Source: Sphyrna mokarran
Taxonomy: Eukaryota
Direction: 5' to 3'
DNA length: 64,000 nt
NCBI GenBank assembly: GCA_024679065.1
Contig: JAGIQG010000021.1
Coordinates: 30,256,001 to 30,320,000, forward strand
A program made the translations under genes and the position numbers. The notes under the pieces are model-generated. The model was not told where the DNA came from and did not search any database. It saw only the letters and a list, made by a program, of their open reading frames with translations. This document shows, in pieces, positions 51,918-63,000 of the stretch (positions are counted from its first letter, which is position 1; the number at the start of each line of letters is the position of its first letter).

Positions 51918-54900
51918 ACCATTATTATTATTTGTGAGAAACGCTGCTCACGATCAAACAATTTAGTTGAGTCAAATTCCAAAGGAGCAAGATATGTTAT
52001 TTAACGTTCTTGCAAGACAGGGTGTCCGAAAGATTGGCACGCTCACCTCAAGTTTGAGCAGGCATTTTATACTATTTCACAATCATATTAATCAATTACA
52101 CAATACTTTGCTCTCCCCTAATTGGTGGTCTTTGTCCCACTAGTGTGTTGTCATTCCCCTATTGGCTCATGGTGCCCCACATTCCTATCTCCTTTAACTC
52201 CCCTCCCCACTTCTAGCCATGTTCCCTGTTCTCGCAAGAGTGTGTATGTAGTGTTGATGTAATATTCTTTCTCAAGGGAACTCATCTGTTTTATCCAGGA
52301 CTATTAACGTGTCCAGTTCAGACCAGCTGTAATCAATCTTCTGCTAACTTAATTACTGATGTCCCAACTATCTCAGTGTCCTTCATCCCCCTGTAGTTGG
52401 AAAATATACTTAGTTGCAGAAACAACACTTTTTGCTTATCATTTGTCTCACAGTCTGAACCTCATACATTCCTACAGAATGTGGTGTCTGTGCCTTACTG
52501 CACACTGCACATCTATGTTATTCTTACACAATGGGCAGTTTCTTCACTGTCCTTGATTAATTTTCTGTTAGCATCAGCGAGTCTGTGTTTGTGACTAAAA
52601 CCACAGTTGTTCCCATAAGGTGGCTTGGCAATGTGCCTTAGTCGAGTCTACCTAACTTTTAGGCTATTTCTCTATAGTGTGCAGATATGTGTTAACAGCA
52701 TCTATACCTGTTGTTTACATATTGAAAAAAACAGACAAGAAATTTTCCCGTTTTCTTGCCCATTTTACACCTGGAATTTTTCTGAGAAAATTCTGATCAG
52801 GATAGAATTAGCCACCCAATTATCTGTACTATAATGAACCTTTATACATGCATGTTCCAAAGGCTGGATGTAAATTTGCATGAAATGGAACCAACGTTAT
52901 AGAATTCTTACTTGAGAAGTGCCCTACTCAGAAACACTGGTAAGCAATCATGTTGGACTGTTATCTTGCCCTGTAATTATATACATTTTCCCAACTTACT
53001 GATGTTCAATATTGGACTGATTTATAATATAAGGAAGGAGGAGTGTGTTAAACAATCTCACAGTTAGAAGTAATTAATTGACCTGGGGCCTTATGACACC
53101 ATGAAATCAGTGTCAGAATTTAATAAACTGCAACCCATTGATGAGAAAGTTATGGATCCATCAAATTTAGTTTGCATTAAAAGCAAAATTGAGTCTCAAA
53201 ACTGATGGGTCTCTTGAGATATTTTGAATTCCTATTGCTATTTACCTGCAGCAAATGCAAAATCCCAGCCACTGATTTTACTGGATGGGAGTGAATGCCT
53301 GTTGAAATATGGCACCTGGACCTTTGAACCCATGAGCTAATAATGGGGCTGGTGACTTCTTGTCCGTCCTTGTCACATGATTGCCCAGTGCCCTTGCCTC
53401 TGCATAGCTAAATCACATGTGATTACGCATGGCAAATTGTCCCATCAACAAGCAGAAACACCTTAAAGCTCTGTTCCTGTCATTGGGAGTCATAATGCTA
53501 GAAGATTCCACCTAAAACTGGATTATTCCTTTCCAATTCCACTGTCAATTCAGAGGATATATTCCCAAAAATGTAACTGGCACAATGGTTAACTTTGCTG
53601 CCTCACAGCACCAGGGTACAATTCTGTGCTTGTGTCACTCTGTGAAGTGTGCAAGTTCTCCTCTGGCCTGCGTGGTTTTTCTCTGGGTGCTCCAGTTTCC
53701 TACCACAGTCCGAAAGAAATGCTGGTTAGCTGTACTGGCCATGCTTAATTCTTCCTCAGTGTACCCAAAGGGTGCAAGAATGTGGTGACTAAGACATTTT
53801 AGTAACTTCAGTGCAATGTTAATGTAAGCCTCCTTCTGACTAATAAAGAAATAATAAATATTTTTAATGCATAGAAATTAGAGGAATATCAGTCTTTAAC
53901 AAAATACCAACTTGCAATGATGCAAATTTTAACCTCAACTTTAATTGGAGACTACCAAAGATCTTTGTGATAAGCTTTGTCTAAGTATTTAGAGAGGATT
54001 AACTAGTCGAGCAATATATTTATTGAATGGATGTAGGCCAGAATATCAGCAAATAAAAAATTAGCTGAAACAAGAAACTTTATAAGGTGCAATATTTTTA
54101 TTTTATATAAAATAAGGTATAAAATCATCACTTAACATTTGTGCTAAGCACAAAATGTGGAACCCAGTATCTTAAACTAGTTTTTAACAATAAAATGATA
54201 ATTTATTAACTTGTATCAATGGCTCTGTTATAGGGAATAAAGTAATGAAGCAACCTGTTAGAGGGTCAATTTGTTTCACATTATAGTAATTTACAATAAT
54301 TAGTGTGTTAATGACCAATTTTCACAACTTTGCAAAGTTTCAGTTTTTCATTGTTGGTGCCTGCAATTCCTTTTTAATTGAATGAGAAATACAACCCCAG
54401 CAGAGAAACATCTTTGGAATATTTCTGTAATCATCCAGCAGGAATACATTTTGTTTTGTACAACTGGGTTAATAATGTTCTTCTTTTTCAGAATGCCGTG
54501 GTATCACTCAATAACCATACCCTATCCAGCTGTGAAGCAGAGATACTCTTTGAAAGGCACTATGTTAGATTGAGGGCCAGGCCCTCTTATGTGCAGTTTT
54601 TTGTTTAGTGTTTTACCAAATGTGCCAGTGGACAACCAATGTGTAGCATTGATTCTTAACAGAGGAAACAGTAAGAAATCATCGCATTAGGACAATCAGA
54701 TGTCTTCTCTTCTTTGGCAATTCCTCAGGATGAAGGAAGATTTGCTATCATTCCGGTTCCATTCGTTCTGAGATGGCTGATCTATCGAATGCACAATCTG
54801 TAGATTCTACTACATGGAGAGTAGATGGGCCAACTAGATGGGTTGCCTAGAGGTTTATGTACCAGCTCCAATGCATCAATGCTACCTTTGTCCCTGACAA

Positions 54901-54934
54901 AGTCTCTCAATGTATTCGCTGCCTTTTTTTTTTA

Positions 54935-56105
54935 AGAGCAACACAGCACGGGAAACAGGCCCTTCGGCCCAACGAGCCCGCGCCGCCATCATAACTATAT
55001 AGTAGCAATTCCATTATCCTAATATAGATTTAGATTATTCCTAATATGGAAGACTCTCACTATAGGGACAATTTGTTTCCCAATCAGCCTAAGAGCGAAT
55101 TTTTGGGTTGTGGGAGGAAACCGGAGTGCCCGGAGAAAACCCACGCAACCATGGGGAGAACGCACAAACTCCCGCAGACACTGGCCCAATTCCAAGTGTC
55201 TGCACAGCCACATCGATAGTCTCTGAGCTGTCATGGTGCCCTTCAGATGGTCCACATAAAGCACTCATTTACGACATGAAGTACCAGGCAACCCATGAAT
55301 CAACATCCAAGAGCTGTCCTCGCAACACCTGCCGAATGCATGCTCATTGTTGGTCAAGTATGGACCGAATTACCTGTGGAAAAAAAGCCGTAGTTAAACA
55401 GTCCTACTATATCCCTCTATCTGCATACCGCTAATGTGGCTGTCCAAGAGACCCTTAAACAGCCCCAGCGTGCCTGCTCCCACCACCTTAATCGGCAGTG
55501 CATTCCACACCCCCACTACCCTTTGTGTGAAAAACTGCCCTCTAATATTCGTCCTATACATAGCCCCCCTCACCCTATGGCCATGACCCCTCGTCCTATC
55601 CATTTCTGAAGGTGGAAAAAGTTTACCTCCATTTACTCTATCTATACTCCTTATAATCTTATACACCTCTATGAGATCCCCTCTAAGCCGACGTCTTTCA
55701 AGGGAAAACAACCCCAGTCTATTTCATCGTTCCTCATAAGACAGTCCTTCCATACCAGGCAGCATCCTGGTAAACCTCCTCTGCACTCTCCCCAAGGACT
55801 CCACATCCTTCCGATAGTACGGAGACCAGAACTGGGCGCAGTATTCCAAGTGAGGCCTAACCAAAGTTCTATACAACTGCAACATCAAACTCCTACTCTT
55901 GTATTCCATACCCTTTTCTATGAAAGCTAACATACTATACGCCTTCTTTATCACCTTCTCCACCTGTGAGGACACCTTCAGAGACTTGTGAACCTGCACC
56001 CCCAATCTCTCTGCGTCTCTATGCTCCGTATAGTTTTACCTTTTATCCTATAATTCTCTTCTACATTTTTCCGGCCAAAATGCATCACCTCGCATTTGTC
56101 CGGAT
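54935..56105 (-). mobile_element. 5'-truncated CR1 (diverged subfamily, also with a SINE in its 3' UTR) inserted in an RTE remnant
   Basis: ORFs 55724-56005 and 55394-55711; SINE-like segment 55080-55245. Confidence 0.9.
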
Positions 56106-56144
56106 TAATTCCATTTGCTCCGGATTAAATTCCATTTGCAAACC

Positions 56145-56470
56145 ATTTCCATGCCTTCCCAAACGCATCTTTGACATTTTAGTTGTCCACAAGCTAGGAT
56201 CTCTTGCGAGATGACAGGGATGTTTGACTCCCTTCAAGTATACTTTGAGACTAGCCCTAAAGTATTTCTGATGTCCTTTGGGGAGTATCCTACTATGGCT
56301 GAGTTCCACATATAGTAATTGCTTCAGGAATCTGTTGTCAGATGTATGAGTGTCCTGTCCTGGCCAACTCAGCTTGTTTTGACTGACCTGCACCTTGAAG
56401 CTTGGTGAGTCAGTTTGGGAGAGAACACTGCTGCTGGATTTGGAGTAATTTGTGAAGGCACCATCAGTGA
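56145..56470 (-). mobile_element. RTE-clade LINE C-terminal remnant (probably continues at about 54700-54925)
   Basis: Translation SDNRFLKQLLYVELSHSRILPKGHQKYFRASLK matches the RTE motif DxRxPKQLLYxEL..GxQxKRxxDxLK. Confidence 0.65.
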
Positions 56471-57186
56471 TTTTTTTTATACAAGTTCTTTGAAAGATCT
56501 GCTATAGGGTTCAAGTTTCAAAAGCACATATTGGCATGAGGAAAATGGAGAGAAAAGAGTTTGTGCAATAACGTAGCCTTCATGTCTCTCATTTTGGTGG
56601 AAGAACACATGCTTGAGATCTCAGGAATACTGTGTGGTTTATTAAAGATGGGAGACAAGTTCAATTGCAGTTACTATAGAGGAATTTCCTACAGACTGCT
56701 ACAGGGCAGTTAATTACAAAGCTCCTCCTTAAGTCTCTCTGCCCCATGTCCAGGAAGCTTCTGCCAGTTGCACGATGTTTTCATCCACCAGGAAGAATGA
56801 CATGACACTCACTGCACAGAAAAATGCAAGGAACAGTTCCAGCTGATGTAAATGGTCTTTTTTGATCTTATAAAAGGCTTTTTTCTCTCTCAACCATGAA
56901 GATTTATAGGGTATATTCCTCATATTTTACTGCCCTCACGTATTTGTCACTCAGCTTACTTAACGATGTTATGCAAGATGGATCCTCACCAGCACAAGCT
57001 CTATCTCAGATGAAAACTGCGCCCAATGAGACTGATGCAATATTCTGCACCCAAAATAATTCAGTTTCCAGATAGACACTGAAGTGGAAAATGACATTGC
57101 CTAAAATAGTGTGTGGTTTCAATTCACCTTGCTTCATTTGCATGATCCAAATGGACATGGATGAGCTTAACAATTGCTGTTAAACA

Positions 57187-57209
57187 TCAAGCGACCAGAG
57201 GATTGATAT
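57187..57209 (-). CDS. Probable terminal coding exon (DINPLVA*)
   Basis: Strong acceptor tttttgttttctcttaacag| 84 nt after the previous donor; phase 1; TGA at 57189-57187. Confidence 0.6.
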
Positions 57210-60200
57210 CTGTTAAGAGAAAACAAAAATCTTAATTGATAACAGAAGACACAAGACTTTGAAAAATAGGCTAACTTTTGTAAATGTACCTACCCTTCAG
57301 ATTCTGCATACACTTTCTAACTGCTGAAATAAAAACAAAACAATAATTAATCCACTGTTGAGGCACGTAATACTTAATATGAATTAACCTGCCCGGCTGT
57401 GAAAATTTGCTGTTCATTATTCCTTATATTTCTAAAATTCTGAATCAAAATTTATTTCTTTATTTATTAATCATAAGTAGGCTTACATTAACACTGCAAT
57501 GAAGTTACTATGGAAATCTGCTGGTTGCCATACTCCAGTGCCTGTTTGGGTACACTGAGGGAGAAAGTAGCATGACCAATGCACCTAACTGGACTGTGGG
57601 AGGAAACCTGAGCACCTGGAGGAAACCCACACAGATACGAAGAATGTGCAAACTCCACACCGACAGTGACCCAAGCTGGGAATTGAACCCGGGTCCCTGG
57701 CACTGAAGCATCAGTGCTAATCACTGTGCCACTATACCATCTAATAATATACTAAAGGCAGTAATCTCAGTACAGTTGCCATCATATTGACAGTTATATG
57801 CAATATTCACATTTTCCTTAATGACCATTCAAATAATTTCTGCTACTTCTTTAGCCATAAACCATAAAAAACTTCATAACCAAACTCATGCAAATTAAGT
57901 TCAATCATAATTCTGTACCAAAGATTACAGCCCTCTGATTTGACAAGGAATGCACTGATTATGTTACCAAATTAGTAAATCCAGAAACTATAGATTTATA
58001 TACCAACTGTACAAGTTCTAAAACTTAATAAAGATGAAGAATCTTGAATATTCTGAAGTCTAGATTCGTAGTTCAAATTCCAACATCACAAAGTGAGCAT
58101 TCAAGTTCAGATATTTCTTTTAAAAACAAGGCTGCGACCACTACCCTGAAGAATGGGCAGCACAGTGACCTGTGTAGAGACTGCACATTCTCTCCATGTC
58201 TGCATGGATTTCCTCCGAGTGCTCTAGTTTACTCCCACAGTCCAAAAGATGTTCTAATTAGATTAAATTCTCCCTCAGTGTACATGAATAGGTACTGGAG
58301 TGCAGCGATGAGGGGATTTTCACAGGATCTTTATTGCAATGTTAATGTAAGCTTGTGACACTAATAAATAAAATTCAGTCATTTTTACAACAGCGTCCTC
58401 AAAAATGTTTTGTAGGAAGGAAAACTGTAGTCTTCTACTTGTAGCACACTCATGTGGTTGCCCCAGCCTTTTTCCAAATTATTGATTTATTACATGACAA
58501 TGGGGATGGTCTACCATCAAGTCATAACAACTCTAAAATAAATACTAACATTGCCAGAGATGGACATATCTAAAGATTTATTTGTTTCCTTCCTTTCTTT
58601 TCCTTCATCCATTCATGTCTCCCTTTACCAAACACCATAACTTGGCGGGTGGGGAACTGCCAAGATAACTAATTCCACACACCTCTGCCAATGTTGCTTG
58701 CTGAATGTGTCTTAATAGAAGGTGCTCAGAGCAGTTCCGTTTGCCTCATCTATGCTTTTCTTCATTGAGAAGCAGAAAAATGTAAATTATGATTTGTTTC
58801 TTGTCTCTCTGCTCATCACCCAACTAAATCTAAAGGTTGTAACTCATTAGAGACAGCTTAAGGTGTCTATAGAAGTCTCCTGAGCAAGCTAATCAGCAAA
58901 CATTTTCCTGATCAATAACGGTATTTGGTTTGGCAGGTCAGCCAAGAGCTTGCTAGTGAATTAGAATGGCAGACAGAATCTGAAACTGCTCAGAATATTT
59001 GAGATTCTTCATCTTTATTAAGTTTTGGAACTTGTACAGTTGGTACACAAGTCTATAGTTTCTGGAGCAGCAGAGGCTGAGGGGAGACCTGATCGAAGTC
59101 TTTAAAATTTTGAGAGGATAGATAGGGTTGACCGTCAGAATCTTCTTCCCAGAATTGAATTGCCTCATACTAGAGAGTCTGCACATAAAGTAGGAAGGAG
59201 AAAGTTCAAAGGAGATTTGAGGGGCAACTTTGTTTTTTTACAGAGTCGTAGGTTTCTGGAACACTCTGCCGTTTACAAAATTACTTGTTGTAATTATTTG
59301 AAGAATAAGTAATATAAACTTACTCTGAAACTGTCTGTGGATCTCATATTCATTTTTGTCTGCTATATTCCACACAGTAAGAAGTCTCACAACACCAGGT
59401 TAAAGTCCAACCAGTTTATTTGATAGTAATCCCACAAGCTTGTAGGATTAGTATCAAATAAACTGGGTGGACTTTAATCTGGTATTGTGAGACTTCTTAC
59501 TGTGTTTAGCCTAGTCCAATGCCAGCATCTCTATGTCATATTCCACACAGCACAGGTATAATTGTCTTTAGGGATATGAGAGGGACATTTAAAGGTTTTT
59601 AGATAAACACATGAATATGCGAGGCACAGAGAAGTATGCACCAAGGGAAGGCAGAAGGTATTAGATTAATTCGGCATCATGTGGGCACAACATAGTGGGC
59701 TAAAGGGCCTGCTCCCATGCTATATGGTTTTATGTTCTATGTTCTATGTTCTATAATTGAATTGGTTACCAGATTATAGGCACGTGCAAAGGCTGAGGAA
59801 AAGTATTTTCAACAGAAGCTGATATAATCATTCTTGCAATAATTACAACTTTTAAAAGGGGCCAGAAACATTTTCTATGATCACCGTACCTGGCTGACTT
59901 GTTTTCTGCAGTTGCAAAATGACCAAGACTGCTAGTGCAAGAAAACCTACTCCAATAATCACAAAGACAGCAACGAGATTTGATTTCTTCCTTTTTACTG
60001 GTTGAGTTGATTTCAAGTCTGAAAATGAAAATGCATTGGTAGTTGCGGGGGGAGAACAATTTAATTAATTGTTAATTCTAGCATCAATCTTTGTATGCAT
60101 AACTTATTTCTATGTTTCCATGACTAAGACAACAGCAAAGTCGACATTCAAACAATACTCTGAGATAAAAGACAACAAGAGTTTATAAAGATCCACAAGC

Positions 60201-62529
60201 TTCTAAGAGGATATAGTCATGAGTATTAAATAGTCATGTGGCATTATTCACATATTGAGAGAAAATAGAATGAATTTAAGTTTTTAAATATTAATTATTC
60301 ATTAAAATTAATAATTAAAAAAGAATTTGTTGAAATGATTTGAAGAATAAGTGCTATGAACTTACCCCAAAGTTGTCCCTGGATCTCATATACATTCTTG
60401 TCAATATTCCACACAGCACAAGTATAATTGTCTTCCGAGGTAATTTGCCTTTTATTGATTTGAAGTATGCTGGTGATCTTCATTAGTCCTGCTGGGGTTT
60501 TATTACTGTAACTATTAGACTCAGATGTGAGATTTCCATTGACAAACCAATGTATCTGTGCCTGTGGATATCCAGTTGTTTCACAATTTAGATTTATAGT
60601 GCTCATCGTATTTGAGTGTAAGGTCACTTCTGGCAAACTGTATGGAGCTAAACATGATTATGCTATTATTATTGTGAAGAAAAAACATTTCTGCACCCAG
60701 TAAAAAACAACAGTTCTCAGTCAATAGTAATTCTGAGATTTACCACAATAAATTAATTACAATTAGATCAGCTTTACACTGAAATTACTTTGATAGTTAT
60801 AATGGAGAAAATATTTAGTGGTGTCACTTTGTGATTTTGACCTGTGCTCTTAATATTTCAATTCAAAACTCATTAGTCAGATTTTGTTTTGCCTTTCTTT
60901 CTATGTTTTGTGTCAAATATATGCTTGTATAGAAATCTTGGATATTTTTGTAGAAAACATCTGCAACCTCTGCAAATCAAGCTTATTTAGTATTGATAGA
61001 CTGGATATTGAGTTTGATTACATAGTAAGTAGGGAGTGTGCATCAAATCATAGAACATAGAAATTGGAAGCAGGGCCGAATGGCCTATTCCTTCCAGCCT
61101 GCTCCACCATTCATTTTAGCCATGGCTGATCATCAAATTTAATATCCTGATTTCCCTCTTCCTCCCATATCCCCTTTGCACCAAAAGCAATATCTAATTT
61201 CTTCAAATCAGACAATGTCTTGGCCTCAATTATATTCTGTGGTACTCACTAGATGAAGAAATTTCTTCTCACCTCATTCTAATAGATTCACCCCTTATCC
61301 CTAGTTCTGGATTCCCCTACCAAAGGGAACATTTTTTCTGAATCTACACTGTCTAACCCTCTTTAGAGAGTTTAAAAGTTTATTTATTGGTGTCACCAAT
61401 AGGCTTACATTAACTCTACAATGATGTTACTGTGAAAATCCCCTCAATACCACACTCCAGCATCTGTTCAGGTACACTGAGAAAGGTTTAGCATGGCCAA
61501 TGCACCTAACCACCACATCTTACGGTCTGTGGGAAGAAACCCACTCTGATACAGTGAAAATGTGCAGACTCTACACAGACAGTGACCCAAGTCCCTGATG
61601 CTGTAAGGCAGCAGCGTGAACCACTGTGCCAATTTTATAAGTTTCTAGGAGATCCTTTCACTTTTCTAAACTCCAATGAATACAATCCTAACCTTCTCAG
61701 TCTCTCCTCATATGACAGACCTGCCATTCTTGATATCAGCCTGGCAGCCTTTCACCGTACTCCCTCTGTACCAAGCAAACCCTGATTATCCTGCCTTACA
61801 ATGTGATCACCTAAATCATCAATGCACCCTCCTCTAAGTTAATGGCTAAAATATGTTTTGAGATGTTCCAAAGACATGAAAGGTTTTCTAGAAGTGCACA
61901 ATCACGATTTCTTCTCTCAACACGATTCAGGTTATAGCTTACATTTTGCCTATCTCACATGTCAAGATTTTAGATGCGAGAATAAAATAAGAATTTGATG
62001 CTAATTAAAGGCAACCAATACAAGGGAGAATATGAGAAAAAGGATAATCTTACTCACCTTTAACCCTGAATATGATGTATTCATATGTGTGACCGGAAGT
62101 TGTTTGCAAATAATATCGATAAGTCCCTTCATCTGTCAGTTGTGTTTCCTGGATTAACAGTGATACATCATCTGAATTTGGATGAACTAATTTAATTCGA
62201 CTTGGAGATACCGTATTATCTGAACTGAATACGAGACTTCTATTGTCCTCCGTTTTACTCAGTTCAATGCGAATATATGTTTGTACTATTGATGATTTGA
62301 TTGAGCATGTTAGTTTAGTGTCTTCATTTAATATTCCTGTCACTACATCCTCACAATCTAACGTCACAAAGTCTGAAAAACAAGAATTTCCATTAGTTCA
62401 CATTGCCTGAGTGATAATCGGTGTTCGATGAAGTATAAACTGAGGAACACTTTAGTACTTACTCTGTGTAAAGGATGGACTTGCGCATACGATAATATTA
62501 AGGAAAATTATTGCACGGTGTAAACCCAT
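57187..62529 (-). CDS. SECTM1-like / B7-family type I membrane protein (leader-V-C-TM-short tail), about 281 aa, 6 coding exons
   Basis: Exons 62529-62463, 62372-62058, 60647-60366, 60018-59890, 57323-57294 and 57209-57187 total 846 nt, all phase 1 with GT-AG. The V domain has a SECTM1-type Cys pattern and the C domain has B7-family motifs. The last two exons are less certain. Confidence 0.82.
57294..57323 (-). CDS. Probable 30-nt cytoplasmic exon (AVRKCMQNLK)
   Basis: Strong acceptor ttgttttgtttttatttcag| (NAGNAG), donor AAGG|gtaggt, phase 1-1. Confidence 0.62.
57455..57740 (-). mobile_element. SINE, alternative-tail subfamily
   Basis: Well-preserved head, core and tail. Confidence 0.85.
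57980..59066. repeat. Inverted duplicate pair of about 76 bp (57980-58055 and 58991-59066)
   Basis: tccagaaactataga..accaactgtacaagtt..aaacttaataaagatgaagaatct..aatattctg and its reverse complement; about 6 mismatches. Confidence 0.85.
59283..59568 (-). pseudogene. Relic duplicate of the 3' end of the C-domain exon plus splice donor and intron start, split by a hairpin element
   Basis: With 59378-59537 and one TSD copy removed it reads KDNYTCAVWNIADKNEYEIHRQFQ|gtaagt, versus EDNYTCAVWNIDKNVYEIQGQLW|gtaagt in the real exon. Similarity continues about 40 nt into the intron (acttattcttcaaat..caacaa). Confidence 0.85.
59378..59537. mobile_element. Hairpin element of the same family, 13-bp TSD
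   Basis: Imperfect palindrome centred on aagctt; TSD atattccacacag at 59365-59377 and 59538-59550. Confidence 0.85.
59890..60018 (-). CDS. Stalk + transmembrane exon (DLKSTQPVKRKKSNLVAVFVIIGVGFLALAVLVILQLQKTSQP)
   Basis: Acceptor ttttcattttcag|, donor CAG|gtacgg, phase 1-1, 21-aa hydrophobic helix. Confidence 0.86.
60366..60647 (-). CDS. B7-type Ig C-domain exon (APYSLPEV..LNCETTGYPQAQIHW..ITSIL..NYTCAVWN)
   Basis: ORF 60295..60636; acceptor catgtttag|, donor |gtaagt. The APY linker and CxxxGYPxAxIxW are characteristic of PD-L1/PD-L2/B7-H3 membrane-proximal domains. Confidence 0.9.
61048..61785 (-). mobile_element. CR1 3' fragment with nested SINE (about 61372-61630) in the V-C intron
   Basis: catagaacatagaa tail, YEERLRRLGLYSLEF remnant, SINE body. 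Confidence 0.75.
62058..62372 (-). CDS. Atypical Ig V-like exon (NFVTLDCEDVVTGILNEDTKLTC...DVSLLIQETQLTDEGTYRYYLQT...IFRVK)
   Basis: ORF 62050..62367; acceptor ttgtttttcag|, donor |gtgagt; E/F-strand V motif SLLIxxTQLxDEGTY, but Tyr in place of the F-strand Cys. Confidence 0.9.
62463..62529 (-). CDS. SECTM1/B7-like signal peptide exon MGLHRAIIFLNIIVCASPSFTQ
   Basis: ggtaATGG start, hydrophobic core, donor A|gtaagt, 90-nt intron to the V exon. An upstream acceptor-like tattagcag suggests a 5' UTR exon further upstream. Confidence 0.85.
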
Positions 62530-62990
62530 TACCGGAATTCAGTTCACCTGCTAATATGAAGATAATAGAGAAAAATCACTAAAAACACGAGGCTTTTGTT
62601 TCACACACAAAAGGATCAAGTCTTGTTAATGGGTCAGAAAGCGGCAGACAAACTTATTCAGGGAGGGCAGTGGGACCCAGGCATTAACATCATTTGAGGA
62701 CAGTGGTCTGTCCCTTTCAACCATTTCCCCCCAGTGTAGATTTCATCGGGAATTTCATGGGAGGATGGAAGCATTCAAATTCACCTCAGATATATTTGCA
62801 TTGCTGGGAACGTTAGCTTTACACAAATGTCAACAAAATAATTCTTAAGTTTCTGAAAGTCAAACTGTACCTTTTGTGCTCAGCAAAATGCCGACCTGTC
62901 CAACCAGTTCAAACTAACTCAAGGGAAATCAACAATACAACATCCCACACTTGGTGAAAGTGTTTCAGGGATCCGGACACCGCTGGAATC

Positions 62991-63000
62991 GGAAGCGAAA
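62991..63000 (+). promoter_or_regulatory. ETS-IRF composite element-like GGAAgcGAAA
   Basis: Exact GGAANNGAAA match in the 5' region of the gene; motif evidence only. Confidence 0.3.

Larger units (their letters stand above)
59062..59755 (+). mobile_element. CR1 3' fragment interrupted by the exon relic
   Basis: LEQQRLRGDLIEVFKI..WNTLP up to 59270; resumes about 59571 (GTFK..LDKHM); (ATGTTCT)n tail. Confidence 0.8.

Noticed and set aside
51933-52480. Possible solo LTR next to the full-length CR1 (similar LTR-like pieces at about 15280-15650 and 22610-22800)
   Set aside because: TG...CA ends are possible, but no convincing TSD or second copy was found.
54540-54680. Alternative terminal exon for the SECTM1/B7-like gene (acceptor near 54656)
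   Set aside because: AAG acceptor and lies beyond the better-supported 57323-57294 / 57209-57187 exon pair.
56729-56923. 64-aa ORF with a hydrophobic stretch as a second TM exon or Tc1/mariner remnant
   Set aside because: No compatible splice sites, probably within the 3' UTR; transposase similarity not demonstrable.
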